A DNA stretch of 64,000 bases, taken from Piromyces finnis finn (lineage: Eukaryota; Fungi; Neocallimastigomycota). The stretch is taken from assembly GCA_002104945.1 (NCBI GenBank), contig MCFH01000082.1:62001-126000 (forward strand). Reading direction: 5' to 3'. The notes under the pieces are model-generated. The model was given only the letters and a program-made list of their open reading frames with translations. It was not told the origin of the DNA and did not search any database. Shown piece by piece: positions 50,701 through 61,919 of this stretch. Positions within the stretch are counted from its first letter, which is position 1, and the number at the start of each line of letters is the position of its first letter. A program made the position numbers and the translations under genes.

Positions 50701-53183
50701 GGTAGCTGGTTGGCTATTTCTTCATTAAATGCTTCTTTGAAATTGTGGTAGTACTTTTCCACGATTTCTTCAGGTGTAGGTTGATTTTCGTTTAAGTTTT
50801 CTTCCTGTACCAACCCTACGTAAATGTGATTTTTCTCTAAGTTCGACTCTTGTACCAACCCTACTGAAACACAAGTTTTCTCTAAGTTGGAACTCGATGC
50901 CAACCCTCCGGAACTTCTGTTTCTGGTTTCCTTCGTAGCCTTGTGGCTACCATTACCCACGATTTCGGCTTCTATGTTTTCCGTGGTTACAGTTACCAGA
51001 GGCCTTCTTGCTTTTGCATTAGTAACTGTAGTTATGGGACTTAATTGAGTACAGTAGTAGATGTCGCCACCATTCATACCATAACTGTTGGTATGTCCTT
51101 TATCCTTACCATTTTCTACTACGAAGTACCTCACTTGTGCATCTTTATCATAACCTCTGTAGATAAAGTGCTCATCCATGAAGCCCAGTCCCACAATGAT
51201 CATTTCCGGCATATTGTCGGATAAGTGACAACTTGTGTTGAAGCAGTATGGTTTAGCTGCTTGTTCGCCAGATGGAGTTAACCATAACTTCAACTGCAAG
51301 TCATCTGAGAACTGCTTTAACTCGATATCACCATTCACAGTTCTGAATATGGCTGGTTTGTCCACTACCTTTAACCCGAGCTTCTTTGCTAAATTTGGGT
51401 GGATGAGGTTTGTAGTGGAACCAGTATCATACAAGACTTCTACCCTTTTTATATCTCGAGGGTTGCTTCTTGCATTTATTTCAGCTACTAGTTGGTTCTG
51501 ACTGTAGTAGCTGTTATTGACCGTCGTTTGACTTGCCATAGCCTTAGGTAATGGGTTATTTCCCATACTAGAAGGTCCTTGCTTTGGTTGGAAGCTAGAA
51601 CTTCTCCTAAAGTTTGACTTATTTAAGGATTCACGACGTTCTTTAGTACCGTTATTGTTTTTTGCGTAAGCCTGAGTGTTGGTCTGCTCAACTTTAGGCT
51701 TATTATTTGGCTTGTTGTTCTTCTGCTTTAACTCAGCCCATCTAGATGGTCTACATGGGTCTGTAATGTCCAACAAGGCCATAATAGTGGTCTGGCGGTC
51801 TCTTTTGTCGTACTTTTCTATGGTTTCATTACGGAAGACTGCTTGGTGATCATCGCACTTTAACAAGACTTCACTTAATGTTTCCAGCGTACGTTCCTGT
51901 TCAGGGATATCATAGAACGCTTCCCTGACAGAAGGCCTGACCTGTTGTATTAACACCTGTCTCCTAACATTTTCAGGAAGCCCAAGTGTTTCCGTCAATT
52001 CATTGAACTCTTCCAAGTAGTCGTATGCTTTTCCCCACTCATGTGTGAGCTTAAGCAACTTTGACTTGCAGAGTTCATGGGGAGACTCTGGTGGAAACTT
52101 ATCTTGAAGGTGGAGGAATAGTCTTTCAGCATCAGGATTCCTACGCTGCAACATCCTCTCTCTAAGTCTATACCATCTCAATACTTTCCCACCTAGATGA
52201 TCTTCAATGAAGCTAACCTTTGCCTTTTCGTCGTTACCATAGTCATATGGGTAACGTTTGAAATGACGTAAGCACTTCTCTTGAAAACCCTCTAAGTCTA
52301 TCCCGTTATTATCAAACATAGGCACTTTTTCTTCATACCTATGTACTCGCCAGTCGAACATCTTCACGTCCCCATCCTCGGAGTATTCCGTAGGGTTGGT
52401 GCTGCTACTAGTTCCAGCACCATGAGGATTACCCATACCACCGGTTTGATAAGATGTTCTTTCATGAGCTCTGGCTTCAGCTCTTCTGTTCATGGCTTCG
52501 ACTTTAGCCTCGAACAATTTTTCTCTTTCTTCTAGAGCGTTTCGTTGCTCCCTCAATCTGGCCATCTCTTCTTCAAGCTCTTTTTTATAAGAGACAAAGG
52601 CACTAGATTGACGGTACAACGTTTCTTGGTTGTTTAGCACTTGCTGGTGGTCTTGTAACCTTTCCTCATGTTCTGCAGTAAAGGCATTTTCCACAGCATG
52701 CAGCTCTTCCAAGCTAACTTGGCTAGCTGACTCATTTGCTTCCAACCTTTGATCCACTTCAACAAATTTTTGCTGAAGAGCATCGTTGATCTCGCTCTTG
52801 TAAACCTCAATACCACGAAGTTGTTCTTCCATAGCACCCAGACGGTTTCCCATACTAGCAAACTGGCTAGATATTTCCGAAACCCATCTATTAAGAAGAA
52901 CCTCAATGTGTTGCATTGGGTTTACCTCACTATTACTAGTAAAAAAGAAAGAAGGATCAACAGGGGCGGCCATAGAATCCCCCTGTTGAACCTGTAAATT
53001 CTGATTAGATTCGACCTCAGTGCTTTCAAGAAGCACCGGGGTTCGAACCCGTGACATTCCCTCTACACCATCCATGCCATCCGCGCTCGCCGCGTCAGGA
53101 CGGGTCCCGTCCCTTACGAATGATGTTTTTGTGTCCAATTTATGGACACCCCGAGGGTTAGGCGACTTACCTGTGTTTTTCAT
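47778..53183 (-). CDS. Element E Gag-Pol, ~1800 aa, with an extended coiled-coil N-terminus
   Basis: First ATG at 53183; LYDTGS protease, VYLDD RT, ECDAS RNase H, integrase; C-terminal KIIKIMNARR...YQYLATF...EWV...LLKEF chromo-like segment. Confidence 0.92.
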   Translation of the reverse strand: MKNTGKSPNPRGVHKLDTKTSFVRDGTRPDAASADGMDGVEGMSRVRTPVLLESTEVESNQNLQVQQGDSMAAPVDPSFFFTSNSEVNPMQHIEVLLNRWVSEISSQFASMGNRLGAMEEQLRGIEVYKSEINDALQQKFVEVDQRLEANESASQVSLEELHAVENAFTAEHEERLQDHQQVLNNQETLYRQSSAFVSYKKELEEEMARLREQRNALEEREKLFEAKVEAMNRRAEARAHERTSYQTGGMGNPHGAGTSSSTNPTEYSEDGDVKMFDWRVHRYEEKVPMFDNNGIDLEGFQEKCLRHFKRYPYDYGNDEKAKVSFIEDHLGGKVLRWYRLRERMLQRRNPDAERLFLHLQDKFPPESPHELCKSKLLKLTHEWGKAYDYLEEFNELTETLGLPENVRRQVLIQQVRPSVREAFYDIPEQERTLETLSEVLLKCDDHQAVFRNETIEKYDKRDRQTTIMALLDITDPCRPSRWAELKQKNNKPNNKPKVEQTNTQAYAKNNNGTKERRESLNKSNFRRSSSFQPKQGPSSMGNNPLPKAMASQTTVNNSYYSQNQLVAEINARSNPRDIKRVEVLYDTGSTTNLIHPNLAKKLGLKVVDKPAIFRTVNGDIELKQFSDDLQLKLWLTPSGEQAAKPYCFNTSCHLSDNMPEMIIVGLGFMDEHFIYRGYDKDAQVRYFVVENGKDKGHTNSYGMNGGDIYYCTQLSPITTVTNAKARRPLVTVTTENIEAEIVGNGSHKATKETRNRSSGGLASSSNLEKTCVSVGLVQESNLEKNHIYVGLVQEENLNENQPTPEEIVEKYYHNFKEAFNEEIANQLPEHRPYDCKIDLEPDASLHKGPIYPFNPEEEKALKEYIEENLAKGFIRKSESPAGYPVLFVPKKSGERRLCTDYRRLNKVTVRNSFPLPLISQVFEAMKGATIFSKLDLKSAYNLVRIREGDEYKTAFSTKFGHYEYLVMPFGLTNAPATFQGFINTVLAEEINDCCQVYLDDIIIYSKSLEEHVGHVKRVLQKLIDNRLVAKLAKCEFHKEELAFLGHVVGKYGIKTDPEKLKAVASWPQPTNLKELQSFLGFCNYYRKFIKDFSKIARPLYAMTSKKVQFLWNEERIQAFEKLKEMLLSPPVLAYPDHDRQFIVECDASNYAVGGVLSQLGDDNELHPVYYYSKKLTKAEINYSITEKELLAIRNAFIEWRHLLMGAKHKVLVYSDHRNLLFATKPQLLTARQARWQELFAAYNFEIIYRPGKMNGRADILSRIVSPEQVQLEMEKASLLRPEQVKEFPPVEEECYAVLEVSFVGELKQAYNTDELAREIRDGLDAKRGHKLIKKKWLMVNGLIVRKDAPERTYVPKVLRETIIKLNHDSETAGHLGKDKTYDLIARNYYWPKMKDDIAGYIKACTICCTQKDNRHKPYGSAARVKVADLPWQEVEIDFLTNLPIKERRKPGSSSSEPPEVTRRGCIMVCSDKLTKMIHLVGFRSMPTAKETALAYLQHVFKLHGCPKSVTTDRGVQFTSKLWKDIMGFFGVEVNLATTGHHETVGQVERNNSYVSMYLRCFVKTFDDDEWLKYLYLAEFCYNNAVHSSTKQSPFLALYNYQVHMNPQDSELVHSLGEAPILDSFAHNLGNLKHMLDISRTRFLDHLDQRRELNYPKIRLMDLVWLRKPENYNPLPFYKLQARKYGPFKVIGIDETKLNYRLDISKSPFPNVYPVFHISELEPYHNKPEELTPAPVGYQKIIKIMNARRKKDNYQYLATFSDCRQEWVDADIIDKNSHYDKLLKEFQDKCYQEFMVSVQNPA

Positions 53184-53472
53184 TTCTAGTTCTAAAATAA
53201 ATTCTTTCAATAAATTAAAGAATTTATTATATAAAATATGGTTATAATGAATTTTAAAATTTCAAAATAATGAATTTTTATTGCTAAACTATTGAGAAAT
53301 AATTATTTTTAATAATAAATTTACTTCTTTTAAATATAATATTTGAATATTATATAAAATATTGTAAATAATTATTATTAAACAATAATTTAAATAAAAT
53401 AAAATATGTTTTTTAAGAACTTTAATAACACTAACCTAACTAAAACTAAGCTAACGTAAGAACTAACTATAA

Positions 53473-53483
53473 AGCGTTAGTAT
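53473..53483 (-). promoter_or_regulatory. Element E self-priming PBS
   Basis: ATACTAACGCT (minus) complements the LTR segment at 53756-53766 (11 nt). Confidence 0.8.
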
Positions 53484-53982
53484 TGTAAAAGGTTTTTATA
53501 TATGTTAGTTAATAAGTTAATTATAACAAGTTAATTAAGTTAGTTATTACCTCTCTATACGAGTTAATAACTAAATAAAGTTTTATAAAAAATAATAAAA
53601 GAACTAAAATAAATATTATAACACAAAAATAAATATAACACAATAAATATTAATATGAAATATTATTTACTTAAATAATTATTATAATTATTATCTTTTA
53701 TTTATTAATTATAATTATCTACATTAATTATTATTATAGTTATTAATTTACTTTAATACTAACGCTAAGGTATTTAACATTAGTTTTGACTATACTATTT
53801 AACTATATGAGTTTATTTTCTTTACCACTTGATTGGGTAAAGCAAATAAACTTCCTATTTAAATAATAACCATTAATATATGGTTATGCATATATTTGGC
53901 CAATAAATGATGACCAGAATATATGGTTTCAATTGAAATATTCGTGGGCAAACTTATGGCCACAAATATTTCTTACACTATT

Positions 53983-54487
53983 AGAAAATTAATATTGTCT
54001 TAATGGTTAGTATTTAAGACATTAATCTGGATCACTCGGGTTCGACTCACACCTTGATCCAAAATTTATTTTAAATTATTTATTTAACAATTTAATTTAT
54101 GACTCATAGAAACTTATAGAACTTATTCGAAAAAGAATAAGTTCGAATATTCGAAAAATTAAATATTTTATGTATTTTTATCACGAGATTCATTTTATGT
54201 AATTTTTAATTAATTTAAAGAATAATTTAGAAAGAAAATTTAATTTTTAATTTAGCCACATCAGATTTAGAAAAAGTATAAATAGAAGTGATGTGAATCA
54301 AAAATTAAATAGTTGTGTTTTTATTAACTTTTAAATTTAAATCTTTATTTTTAAAAAATTTAATAATAATAAAAAATTATTTTAAATAAATAAATTTATT
54401 GACTTATAGGGAATACAAAATTTATTTTTCTATATAAATATTATTAATTCCTACATTAATAAATTCTTTATATAGAATCGCGTTACA
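53983..54487 (+). repeat. Main remaining part of the element D 5' LTR
   Basis: Matches 59279-59783; one substitution seen. Confidence 0.95.
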
Positions 54488-54497
54488 ATAAAAACAC
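54488..54497 (+). promoter_or_regulatory. Element D self-priming PBS
   Basis: ATAAAAACAC complements 54315-54324; TATAAATA at 54277. Confidence 0.78.
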
Positions 54498-54589
54498 CAG
54501 TTGTAACATATTCCCTTTACCTTAATTAATTTGTTTATTTTTAAAAAAAAAAAAAAAATTTTTTTTAACTTATTGAAACCTTCCTGAAT

Positions 54590-54708
54590 TTTCTTGGACT
54601 CTTTTGAACCCTCTCTTGGACTCTCTTTTGAACTCTTTTGGACTCTTTTGAACCCTCTTTTGGACTCTCTTGGATTCTCTTGGATTCTTTTGGATTCTTT
54701 TGGATTTA
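54590..54708. repeat. Imperfect 10-12-bp pyrimidine-rich repeats (ttggaYtctYt) in the D leader
   Basis: Directly visible. Confidence 0.8.
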
Positions 54709-54760
54709 TTATACTGATTAAATTAAATTAAAATTAGATATTATAAATAAAATAAAGAAA

Positions 54761-57700
54761 ATGGATGAAGAATTGATGAATAATGCTACGTTGAAGGATG
54801 GTTTCTCTGGAAATCGTCGTTTCTTTAAGGGTTTTCTTGCCAAAATAGAATTAATCTTTATGGTCTACCCAGAGCGTTACGCGGATGACGAAACAAAAAT
54901 CGTTTATATCATTTCGAGACTATATGGTGAAGCTTTGAATTGGGCTGCATCATTAATTCACAATCATGATGAATGCCTATTAAATTATGACTCATTTGTT
55001 GCCAAGCTTAAATCTGTGTTTGGTGACAACGACTCAACGTTTGTGGCTAATCAAAAACTTCGAACTATAAAGCAAAGAAAAATCGGTGAGATTCAAAAAT
55101 ATATTCTTGAATTTAACCGATACTCCGATGACTCCTCTTGGAACGAAAGTGCAAAAATGGACGCCTTCTTAGCTGGACTACAAGATCAAGTCGCCAATAG
55201 GATTTTAGAAATGTTTCCCGGTCCACAAACGCTATTAAATTTACAAGTTATTGCATCAAGAATCGATTCTAGAATCGATACCAACAGAAGATTCTTCAAC
55301 AACAATCATTCTAATAACACTACTCAAAACCGAAGAACTGAAGTAAATAGAAAACCTTTCACTTCAAGAAATAAGAAAACTTATGGACCGCTTTCCTCAG
55401 AAGAAAAAGCTAGAAGAATTAAGGAAAATCTCTGCCTGTATTGTGGTTCTCCAGATCATAAGTTAAGTAACTGCCCAAAAAGAAGTAAAAATGAAAAATC
55501 AGCTGGGACTCATATTTCTAACACTACGCCTGAAAAGAAGCCTAGAATAAGATTCTCCGATAATCCCAATCTGAAACAACCAGTCTTTGAGTTCCAACTC
55601 AATACTTCCGACGTCTCCGTGAATACTAAACTACTAATTGATTCAGGATCTCAACTTAACCTACTAGATGTGGTCTTTGCCGAAGAAAATAATATTCCTT
55701 TTGATAAATCCGTCTCTTTCAACAAAATCTCTGGCATTGGTGGGGAACAACAAATCTTAGGTAAATCTATCCCAATTTCGATCAAATACAAAAACCACCA
55801 ATGTAAAACTATATTCTATATTGTAGACCTTCCGGGATATTGTGGCATCTTAGGTGCTGAATGGTTACATCAGCACAACCCTAATATTAACTTCGTTGAA
55901 AAAGAATTATCTTTTAATTCAAATTTCTGTCTGTCACATTGCTCTGTTATTCCTAACGTTGCCCCTACTTATGCTATTTCTTCTATTTCTAATGATTTCA
56001 AATCTTCTTGTAGCACTTCAACAAATTCTTATATCCATGATTCAACAAAAAATCTTCCTAAAAATAATGATTCCACTATCAACCCTCCAAGCAATAAAGA
56101 AGTTTTTCTTCCTGCTGAACTCCAAGCCTTTGAAGACGTATTTAATGAAAAAGCCGCTGAACAATTGCCGCCTCACAGGCAATACGACTGTGAAATCCGT
56201 CTTAAACCGGACTCTAAACTTTTTTATGGACCGATTTATCCTTTAACGGATAAAGAATCAATGGCATTGAAGGAATACATTGATGAAAACTTGCGAAAAG
56301 GTTTCATCAGACCTTCAAAATCACCGGCAGGTGCCCCAGTACTTTTTGTTCCGAAAAAAAATGGTGAGCTACGTCTATGTCAAAATTATAGGAAATTAAA
56401 TGAAATCACAGTCCGTGATTCCTACCCTTTACCATTAATTAACGACATGTTGGAGCACTTAGGTAAAAGCAACATCTTCTCCAAACTTGATTTAAGATCA
56501 GCTTATAATCTTGTGAGGATAAAAGAAGGTGATGAATTCAAAACTGCTTTTACTTGCAAATATGGACACTTTGAATATACTGTAATGCCGTTTGGTTTGA
56601 AGAACGCGCCTGCAGTATTCCAACATTTCATTAATGATGTGCTTGATGGAATCTTGGGAGTATTTGTCTTCAGTTATATTGATGACTTAATTATATTTTC
56701 GGAAAATTTTAAAACTCATGTTATACAAGTCAAAGAAGTACTTAAAAGACTTAGAAAAGCCGGACTTTATGCAAAACTTGAAAAATGTGAGTTCTTTGTC
56801 CCATTTATCGATTTTTTAGGTCATCGTATATCGTCTGATGGAATATTAATGGATCCAAAGAAAATTTCATCTATCCTGGAATGGCCAACTCCTAGAAATG
56901 TTAAAGAGGTTCAAGCGTTTCTTGGGTTAGCTAATTATTATAGAAGATTCATTGCCGGTTTTGCTGATCTCGCACAACCACTTAATGCATTACTTAAAAA
57001 GGATGTTAAATTCTGCTTCTCTCATCAGTGTGTGAATTCTTTTAATTTAATCAAGACCAAATTTGCTTCTTCTCCTGTTCTTGCATACCCGAATCGTGAT
57101 ATACCTTTCATGGTTGAAACGGATGCAAGTAATTTTGCTATAGGAGCCATTCTTTCCCAAACGAATCCGAAAGACAATACGGTTCACCCTGTAGCATTCT
57201 TCTCCAGATCGCTTAGTTCTTCTGAAAGGAACTATCCGATCTACGATAAAGAACTTTTAGCAATTGTAGCTGCTTTAGAAAATTGGCGTCATTTACTTAA
57301 GGGGACTGCTCAGCCTTTCAAAATTTTCTCGGATCACAGAAATTTGCTTTACCAGAAGAAACCCGAAAAAATGACACAAAGATTAGTTCGTTGGTCTTTG
57401 TTTCTTGCCGAGTTTAATTTTATTATTGTTTATCGGTCGGGTTCTGCTAATGGTAAACCTGACGCTTTATCCAGAAGACCAGATTACTTAGAAAATTTTA
57501 AGGATTCCAATGATACTCCAAATTCCGTTCTTAGACCCGAAAACTTTTGTGCCCTGGTTCTGGATAACAACCCCCTTATGGATAAAATCATTTCAAATAG
57601 CAAAGATGATAAATTCTACTTTGAAGTATGCAAATACTTAGAAACTCAAATTCCACCTGTCCCTCATTCGCAAATCGAAAACTTTAAAATTCAAGATGGT

Positions 57701-58996
57701 GTATTATTATTCAATGATAGGATCTATGTTCCCCAAGATTGTCGTTTGGAAGTTCTTAAAATTTGTCACGACTCACCCTCAGCTGGACACTTCGGACTAA
57801 AGAAAACTACTTCCCTTATTGTTCGTGATTTTTGGTGGCCTTTTCTCTCTGTTGATGTAAAAGAATATGTAAAGTCTTGTGAAATATGCTGCCGTTCGAA
57901 GGACTCTCGACACAAACCTTATGGATTTCTTTCTCCTTTGGAAATTGCTGAACGTCCTTGGTCTTCCGTATCTATGGACTTTATTACGGATCTTCCACCT
58001 TCTCAAAAGTATACTTGCATTCTTGTAGTCACCGATAGATTAACTAAATTATGCCACTTTATTCCTTTTGAAAACATCCCTTCTGCCTCCGCTACTGCTG
58101 ATGCTTTCATGATCAACGTTTTTCGTCTCCATGGATTACCTAATGAAATTCTTTCGGATAGAGGTACTCAATTTACCTCTAAATTCTGGAATTCTATTTG
58201 TAAATCTTTCGATATAAACCTAAAATTTTCTTCATCCTACCATCACCAAACTAACGGACTGACGGAGAGGGTAAACTCCGTTGTAGAACAATACTTAAGG
58301 TGTTACTCAAATTATAAAGGTTCCAATTGGTACAAATTCTTACATCTTGCCGAATTCAGTTACAACAATGCTGTTCAAGAATCTACTAAAACTTCACCAT
58401 TTTTTGCTAACTACGGCTATAATCCGAAATATTCTCCAATTTTACCAAGTCGTACCGATGTACCAATTGTGGATGAATTTACAAGAAATTTCAAAGAAAT
58501 AATTAAAACTCTTAAAGATAACTTAAAGAAATCTATTGATCAACAAGAAAAATTTGCAAACAAACACAGAAGTAAAGCTCCTGAACTCAAGGTAAATGAT
58601 AAGGTCTGGATTAACAGTTCTCTAATAATGCGGAACGGTAATAAGAAGCTAAAACCTAGAAAACTTGGTCCGTACAAAATAATTGAAAAAATATCACCAG
58701 TTTCTTTCAAATTGGAGTTACCAAAAGAAATTCGTATTCATCCAGTTATCCACGTTTCAGAATTGGAACCCTACCATGAAGATAAGTTCAAAAGAAAGCA
58801 ACCGCCACCTCCACCAGTTATTGTAGATAATAATGAAGAATTTGAAGTTGAGGAGATATTGGACAAAAGAAGATATTATGGTAAAGTTCAATACCTAATT
58901 AAATGGAAAGGATATCCGATATCTGAAGCATCTTGGGAGCCAGAAAATAATTTGAATTGTCCAGAGCTACTTAAGGAATTCAACGAAAAGAAATGA
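54761..58996 (+). CDS. Element D Gag-Pol polyprotein with chromodomain, 1411 aa
   Basis: [25 protein letters not shown], integrase, chromodomain; clearly similar to the F polyprotein. RT has CQNYR in place of the usual CVDYR. Confidence 0.95.
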   Translation: MDEELMNNATLKDGFSGNRRFFKGFLAKIELIFMVYPERYADDETKIVYIISRLYGEALNWAASLIHNHDECLLNYDSFVAKLKSVFGDNDSTFVANQKLRTIKQRKIGEIQKYILEFNRYSDDSSWNESAKMDAFLAGLQDQVANRILEMFPGPQTLLNLQVIASRIDSRIDTNRRFFNNNHSNNTTQNRRTEVNRKPFTSRNKKTYGPLSSEEKARRIKENLCLYCGSPDHKLSNCPKRSKNEKSAGTHISNTTPEKKPRIRFSDNPNLKQPVFEFQLNTSDVSVNTKLLIDSGSQLNLLDVVFAEENNIPFDKSVSFNKISGIGGEQQILGKSIPISIKYKNHQCKTIFYIVDLPGYCGILGAEWLHQHNPNINFVEKELSFNSNFCLSHCSVIPNVAPTYAISSISNDFKSSCSTSTNSYIHDSTKNLPKNNDSTINPPSNKEVFLPAELQAFEDVFNEKAAEQLPPHRQYDCEIRLKPDSKLFYGPIYPLTDKESMALKEYIDENLRKGFIRPSKSPAGAPVLFVPKKNGELRLCQNYRKLNEITVRDSYPLPLINDMLEHLGKSNIFSKLDLRSAYNLVRIKEGDEFKTAFTCKYGHFEYTVMPFGLKNAPAVFQHFINDVLDGILGVFVFSYIDDLIIFSENFKTHVIQVKEVLKRLRKAGLYAKLEKCEFFVPFIDFLGHRISSDGILMDPKKISSILEWPTPRNVKEVQAFLGLANYYRRFIAGFADLAQPLNALLKKDVKFCFSHQCVNSFNLIKTKFASSPVLAYPNRDIPFMVETDASNFAIGAILSQTNPKDNTVHPVAFFSRSLSSSERNYPIYDKELLAIVAALENWRHLLKGTAQPFKIFSDHRNLLYQKKPEKMTQRLVRWSLFLAEFNFIIVYRSGSANGKPDALSRRPDYLENFKDSNDTPNSVLRPENFCALVLDNNPLMDKIISNSKDDKFYFEVCKYLETQIPPVPHSQIENFKIQDGVLLFNDRIYVPQDCRLEVLKICHDSPSAGHFGLKKTTSLIVRDFWWPFLSVDVKEYVKSCEICCRSKDSRHKPYGFLSPLEIAERPWSSVSMDFITDLPPSQKYTCILVVTDRLTKLCHFIPFENIPSASATADAFMINVFRLHGLPNEILSDRGTQFTSKFWNSICKSFDINLKFSSSYHHQTNGLTERVNSVVEQYLRCYSNYKGSNWYKFLHLAEFSYNNAVQESTKTSPFFANYGYNPKYSPILPSRTDVPIVDEFTRNFKEIIKTLKDNLKKSIDQQEKFANKHRSKAPELKVNDKVWINSSLIMRNGNKKLKPRKLGPYKIIEKISPVSFKLELPKEIRIHPVIHVSELEPYHEDKFKRKQPPPPPVIVDNNEEFEVEEILDKRRYYGKVQYLIKWKGYPISEASWEPENNLNCPELLKEFNEKK

Positions 58997-59263
58997 TTTC
59001 AACGGAAACTTTATTTTAATTTATCTTAATTTTATTTTTAATTTTATTCTTAAAAAAAAAAAAAAATTTTATTTTCTTAAATTTTAAATTTACTTTAAGC
59101 ATGTATTTAATATCAAATGTATAATATAAAAAAAATTATTTTTATTGTAATTCAATTAGTATAGTTTAAGTATATAGTAGTTATATAGCCTAAAAAATTA
59201 ATTTAATAAAACATAAAATGAACCCAAAGATTCGTCTGGTATCCGAATCCTGGAGGAGGACCA

Positions 59264-59783
59264 TGTAACGAATCTATTAGAAAATTAATATTGTCTTAAT
59301 GGTTAGTATTTAAGACATTAATCTGGATCACTCGGGTTCGACTCACACCTTGATCCAAAATTTATTTTAAATTATTTATTTAACAATTTAATTTATGACT
59401 CATAGAAACTTATAGAACTTATTCGAAAAAGAATAAGTTCGAATATTCGAAAAACTAAATATTTTATGTATTTTTATCACGAGATTCATTTTATGTAATT
59501 TTTAATTAATTTAAAGAATAATTTAGAAAGAAAATTTAATTTTTAATTTAGCCACATCAGATTTAGAAAAAGTATAAATAGAAGTGATGTGAATCAAAAA
59601 TTAAATAGTTGTGTTTTTATTAACTTTTAAATTTAAATCTTTATTTTTAAAAAATTTAATAATAATAAAAAATTATTTTAAATAAATAAATTTATTGACT
59701 TATAGGGAATACAAAATTTATTTTTCTATATAAATATTATTAATTCCTACATTAATAAATTCTTTATATAGAATCGCGTTACA
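59264..59783 (+). repeat. Element D 3' LTR (520 bp)
   Basis: TGTAACGAAT...CGCGTTACA, preceded by PPT TGGAGGAGGA. Confidence 0.95.
59292..59344 (+). promoter_or_regulatory. tRNA-like Pol III A box / B box module in the D LTR
   Basis: TGTCTTAATGG (10/11 match to TRGCNNARYGG) and GGTTCGACTC; T8-G53 spacing is 44 nt, the same as in the tRNA-Trp of this window. Confidence 0.55.
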
Positions 59784-59788
59784 ACTGA

Positions 59789-61919
59789 CCATAAACCTTT
59801 AGTTGGCTTATTTAATAATAAAGAACCAAATAATGCTCGTCAAACACGCTGGGTTACTACACTTAGTATGCTCAAGGTAAAAGTCAAATATGAACAAGGA
59901 AAGAAAAATGTAGTCGCTGATGCATTATCTAGACTAATACCAGACAATAAAAATGATATAAAAATTTCACTAGCTACCTTTAATAATAATGATGGTGAAA
60001 CTACTAAAAATAATATTTTAAATTCAAATAAAGATTTTTACTCTAAAAATAATGAAAATATAGTTTATTCTTGTAATTTTAATAATTCATGTATTAATGA
60101 TAATGAAATAAATAAAAATAACAATATTAATCCTTATATTGATAAAAATATTGACTTAAATAAAAATTCTTGTGTTAATGAAAGTGTAAATTCAATTAAA
60201 TATTCTAAACTTAATAATGTTGATTTAAATAATTATATCTCTACTAATAATAATTCACATGGAAGTAAAAATATAAATATAAATTTTAAAAATGATATTG
60301 ATAAAAGCAAGAATAATAATTATTTTAAAAATAATGAAATAAATGAATTATCTGAATATGATAATGATATTGTTTATAATGAAGTAATGAATAGTGATAT
60401 CAATGTCTTAAATGATACTCGCAACTTAAATAATAAAATAGATATAAATAAAAATGATTTTCCTAAATTAAATGAAAATATTACAACTAGTTATAATAAT
60501 TCTAACATCCATAATAATCATAATAATATTCATTCATATGATCCATCTAATATTTTTAATATTGATAAAAATAATTATTTTAATATAGAAAATAAAATAA
60601 AAACATCCTCAGTCCCATCTGAAAATGGAAAAGAAGAATTATTAGATAATGATACTGACTCAGAAGCGGTTCTTGTAACTGACACATCTATTGATACTAG
60701 TGAAAATAATTCAAATGAATATCCAGGAAGTAATAAAATTAAAGAATTTCTTAAAAAGAAAATTATCTTAATAAATGGAATAAAATATTATAAAGATGGA
60801 GACAATATCAGAAAAGTTGTTGAAGATAAAGAAGAGAAAATAGAATTACTATTAGCTGCGCATTCAATAGGTCATGAAGGATTTTATAAAACTTATAATA
60901 GACTGAAGAAAAGTTATTATTGGAAAAATATGGCTAAAGATGTAGAACTACTTGTAAAAACTTGTCATGATTGTCAATTAAAGAGACCTCAACCTATTAA
61001 TAGTGGTACTGAATCATTTGCTACAAAGCCAGGTCTACCATTCACTAGAGTTGGTTTAGATATTATTGGACCACTACCAATAACTAAAAATAATAATAAA
61101 TATATAATAGTACTTGTAGACTATTTTACCAAATGGGTTGAAGCTGAACCTCTAAAATCAATTGAATCTACGGATGTTATAAAATTTCTTACAAATGTAT
61201 TTTCTAGACATGGTACTCCAGAAATATTAATTACTGATAATGGTTCACAATTTACTTCTGATGCTACTAAAGGCTTTCTTGATTTATATGGTATATATGT
61301 TCAATATTCTAGCACTTATCATCCAGAAACAAATGGACAAGTAGAAAATCGTAACAGAGAAATTGTTAAAAATATTCGACTATTAGGAGACTCAAATAAA
61401 GAATGGGACGAAGTTCTTCCATCGGCTTTATGGGCTCTACGTACTTGTAAAAATGAAGTAACAAAATTTTCTAGCTTTGAATTATTATATGGTCGTACTG
61501 ACCTTCAACCATTTGAACTTATGATAGAATATAATAATAAAAATGAATATGAAACTCCAGAAGAATATTTAATAAATAAATTTACTACACATTGGGAATG
61601 GATTATTGAAGTTACCAAAAATATTCAGAATGCTAATAAATTATGGGAAAATAGAAGAAAACAAAAAGCTTCAATGAATACTGCATTTTCAGCCGGTGAT
61701 TTAGTACTTGTTAGAAATTTTTCAAGAAGAAAGTTAGATCCATTTTTCATGGGACCTTTCCGTATTATTAAAATGGAATTTAATACTGCTACATTATGTG
61801 ACCCTATTAGTGGTGCAATAGCTGAAAGAAATGTTCATCAAAAGAATTTAGTTCATTATCATACTTGGCACAATGAGACTTCCAGGGACGAAGTCCAAAC
61901 TCAAGTGGGGGGATCTTGA
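59789..61919 (+). pseudogene. pol: Element B pol, 3' part (RNase H end, Asn-rich insert, integrase)
   Basis: HKPLVGLFNNKEPNNARQTRW continues 34426; HHCC and DDE present; stop codon is the TGA of the 3' LTR. Confidence 0.92.

Larger units (their letters stand above)
47263..53977 (-). mobile_element. Ty3/gypsy element E (full length, self-primed, degenerate chromodomain)
   Basis: 494-bp LTRs 47263-47756 and 53484-53977; TSD CTATT (47258-62 and 53978-82); PPT AGGGGGG on the minus strand. Confidence 0.95.
34427..59783 (+). mobile_element. Chromovirus D (self-primed), 5' LTR split by C and E
   Basis: TSD ACTGA (34422-26 and 59784-88). The 5' LTR pieces 34427-36 + 47258-62 + 53983-54487 total 520 bp, equal to the 3' LTR 59264-59783. 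Confidence 0.95.

Noticed and set aside
35371-58006. Many 60-136 aa ORFs overlapping gag-pol genes on either strand
   Set aside because: Expected off-frame or antisense ORFs with no independent motifs.
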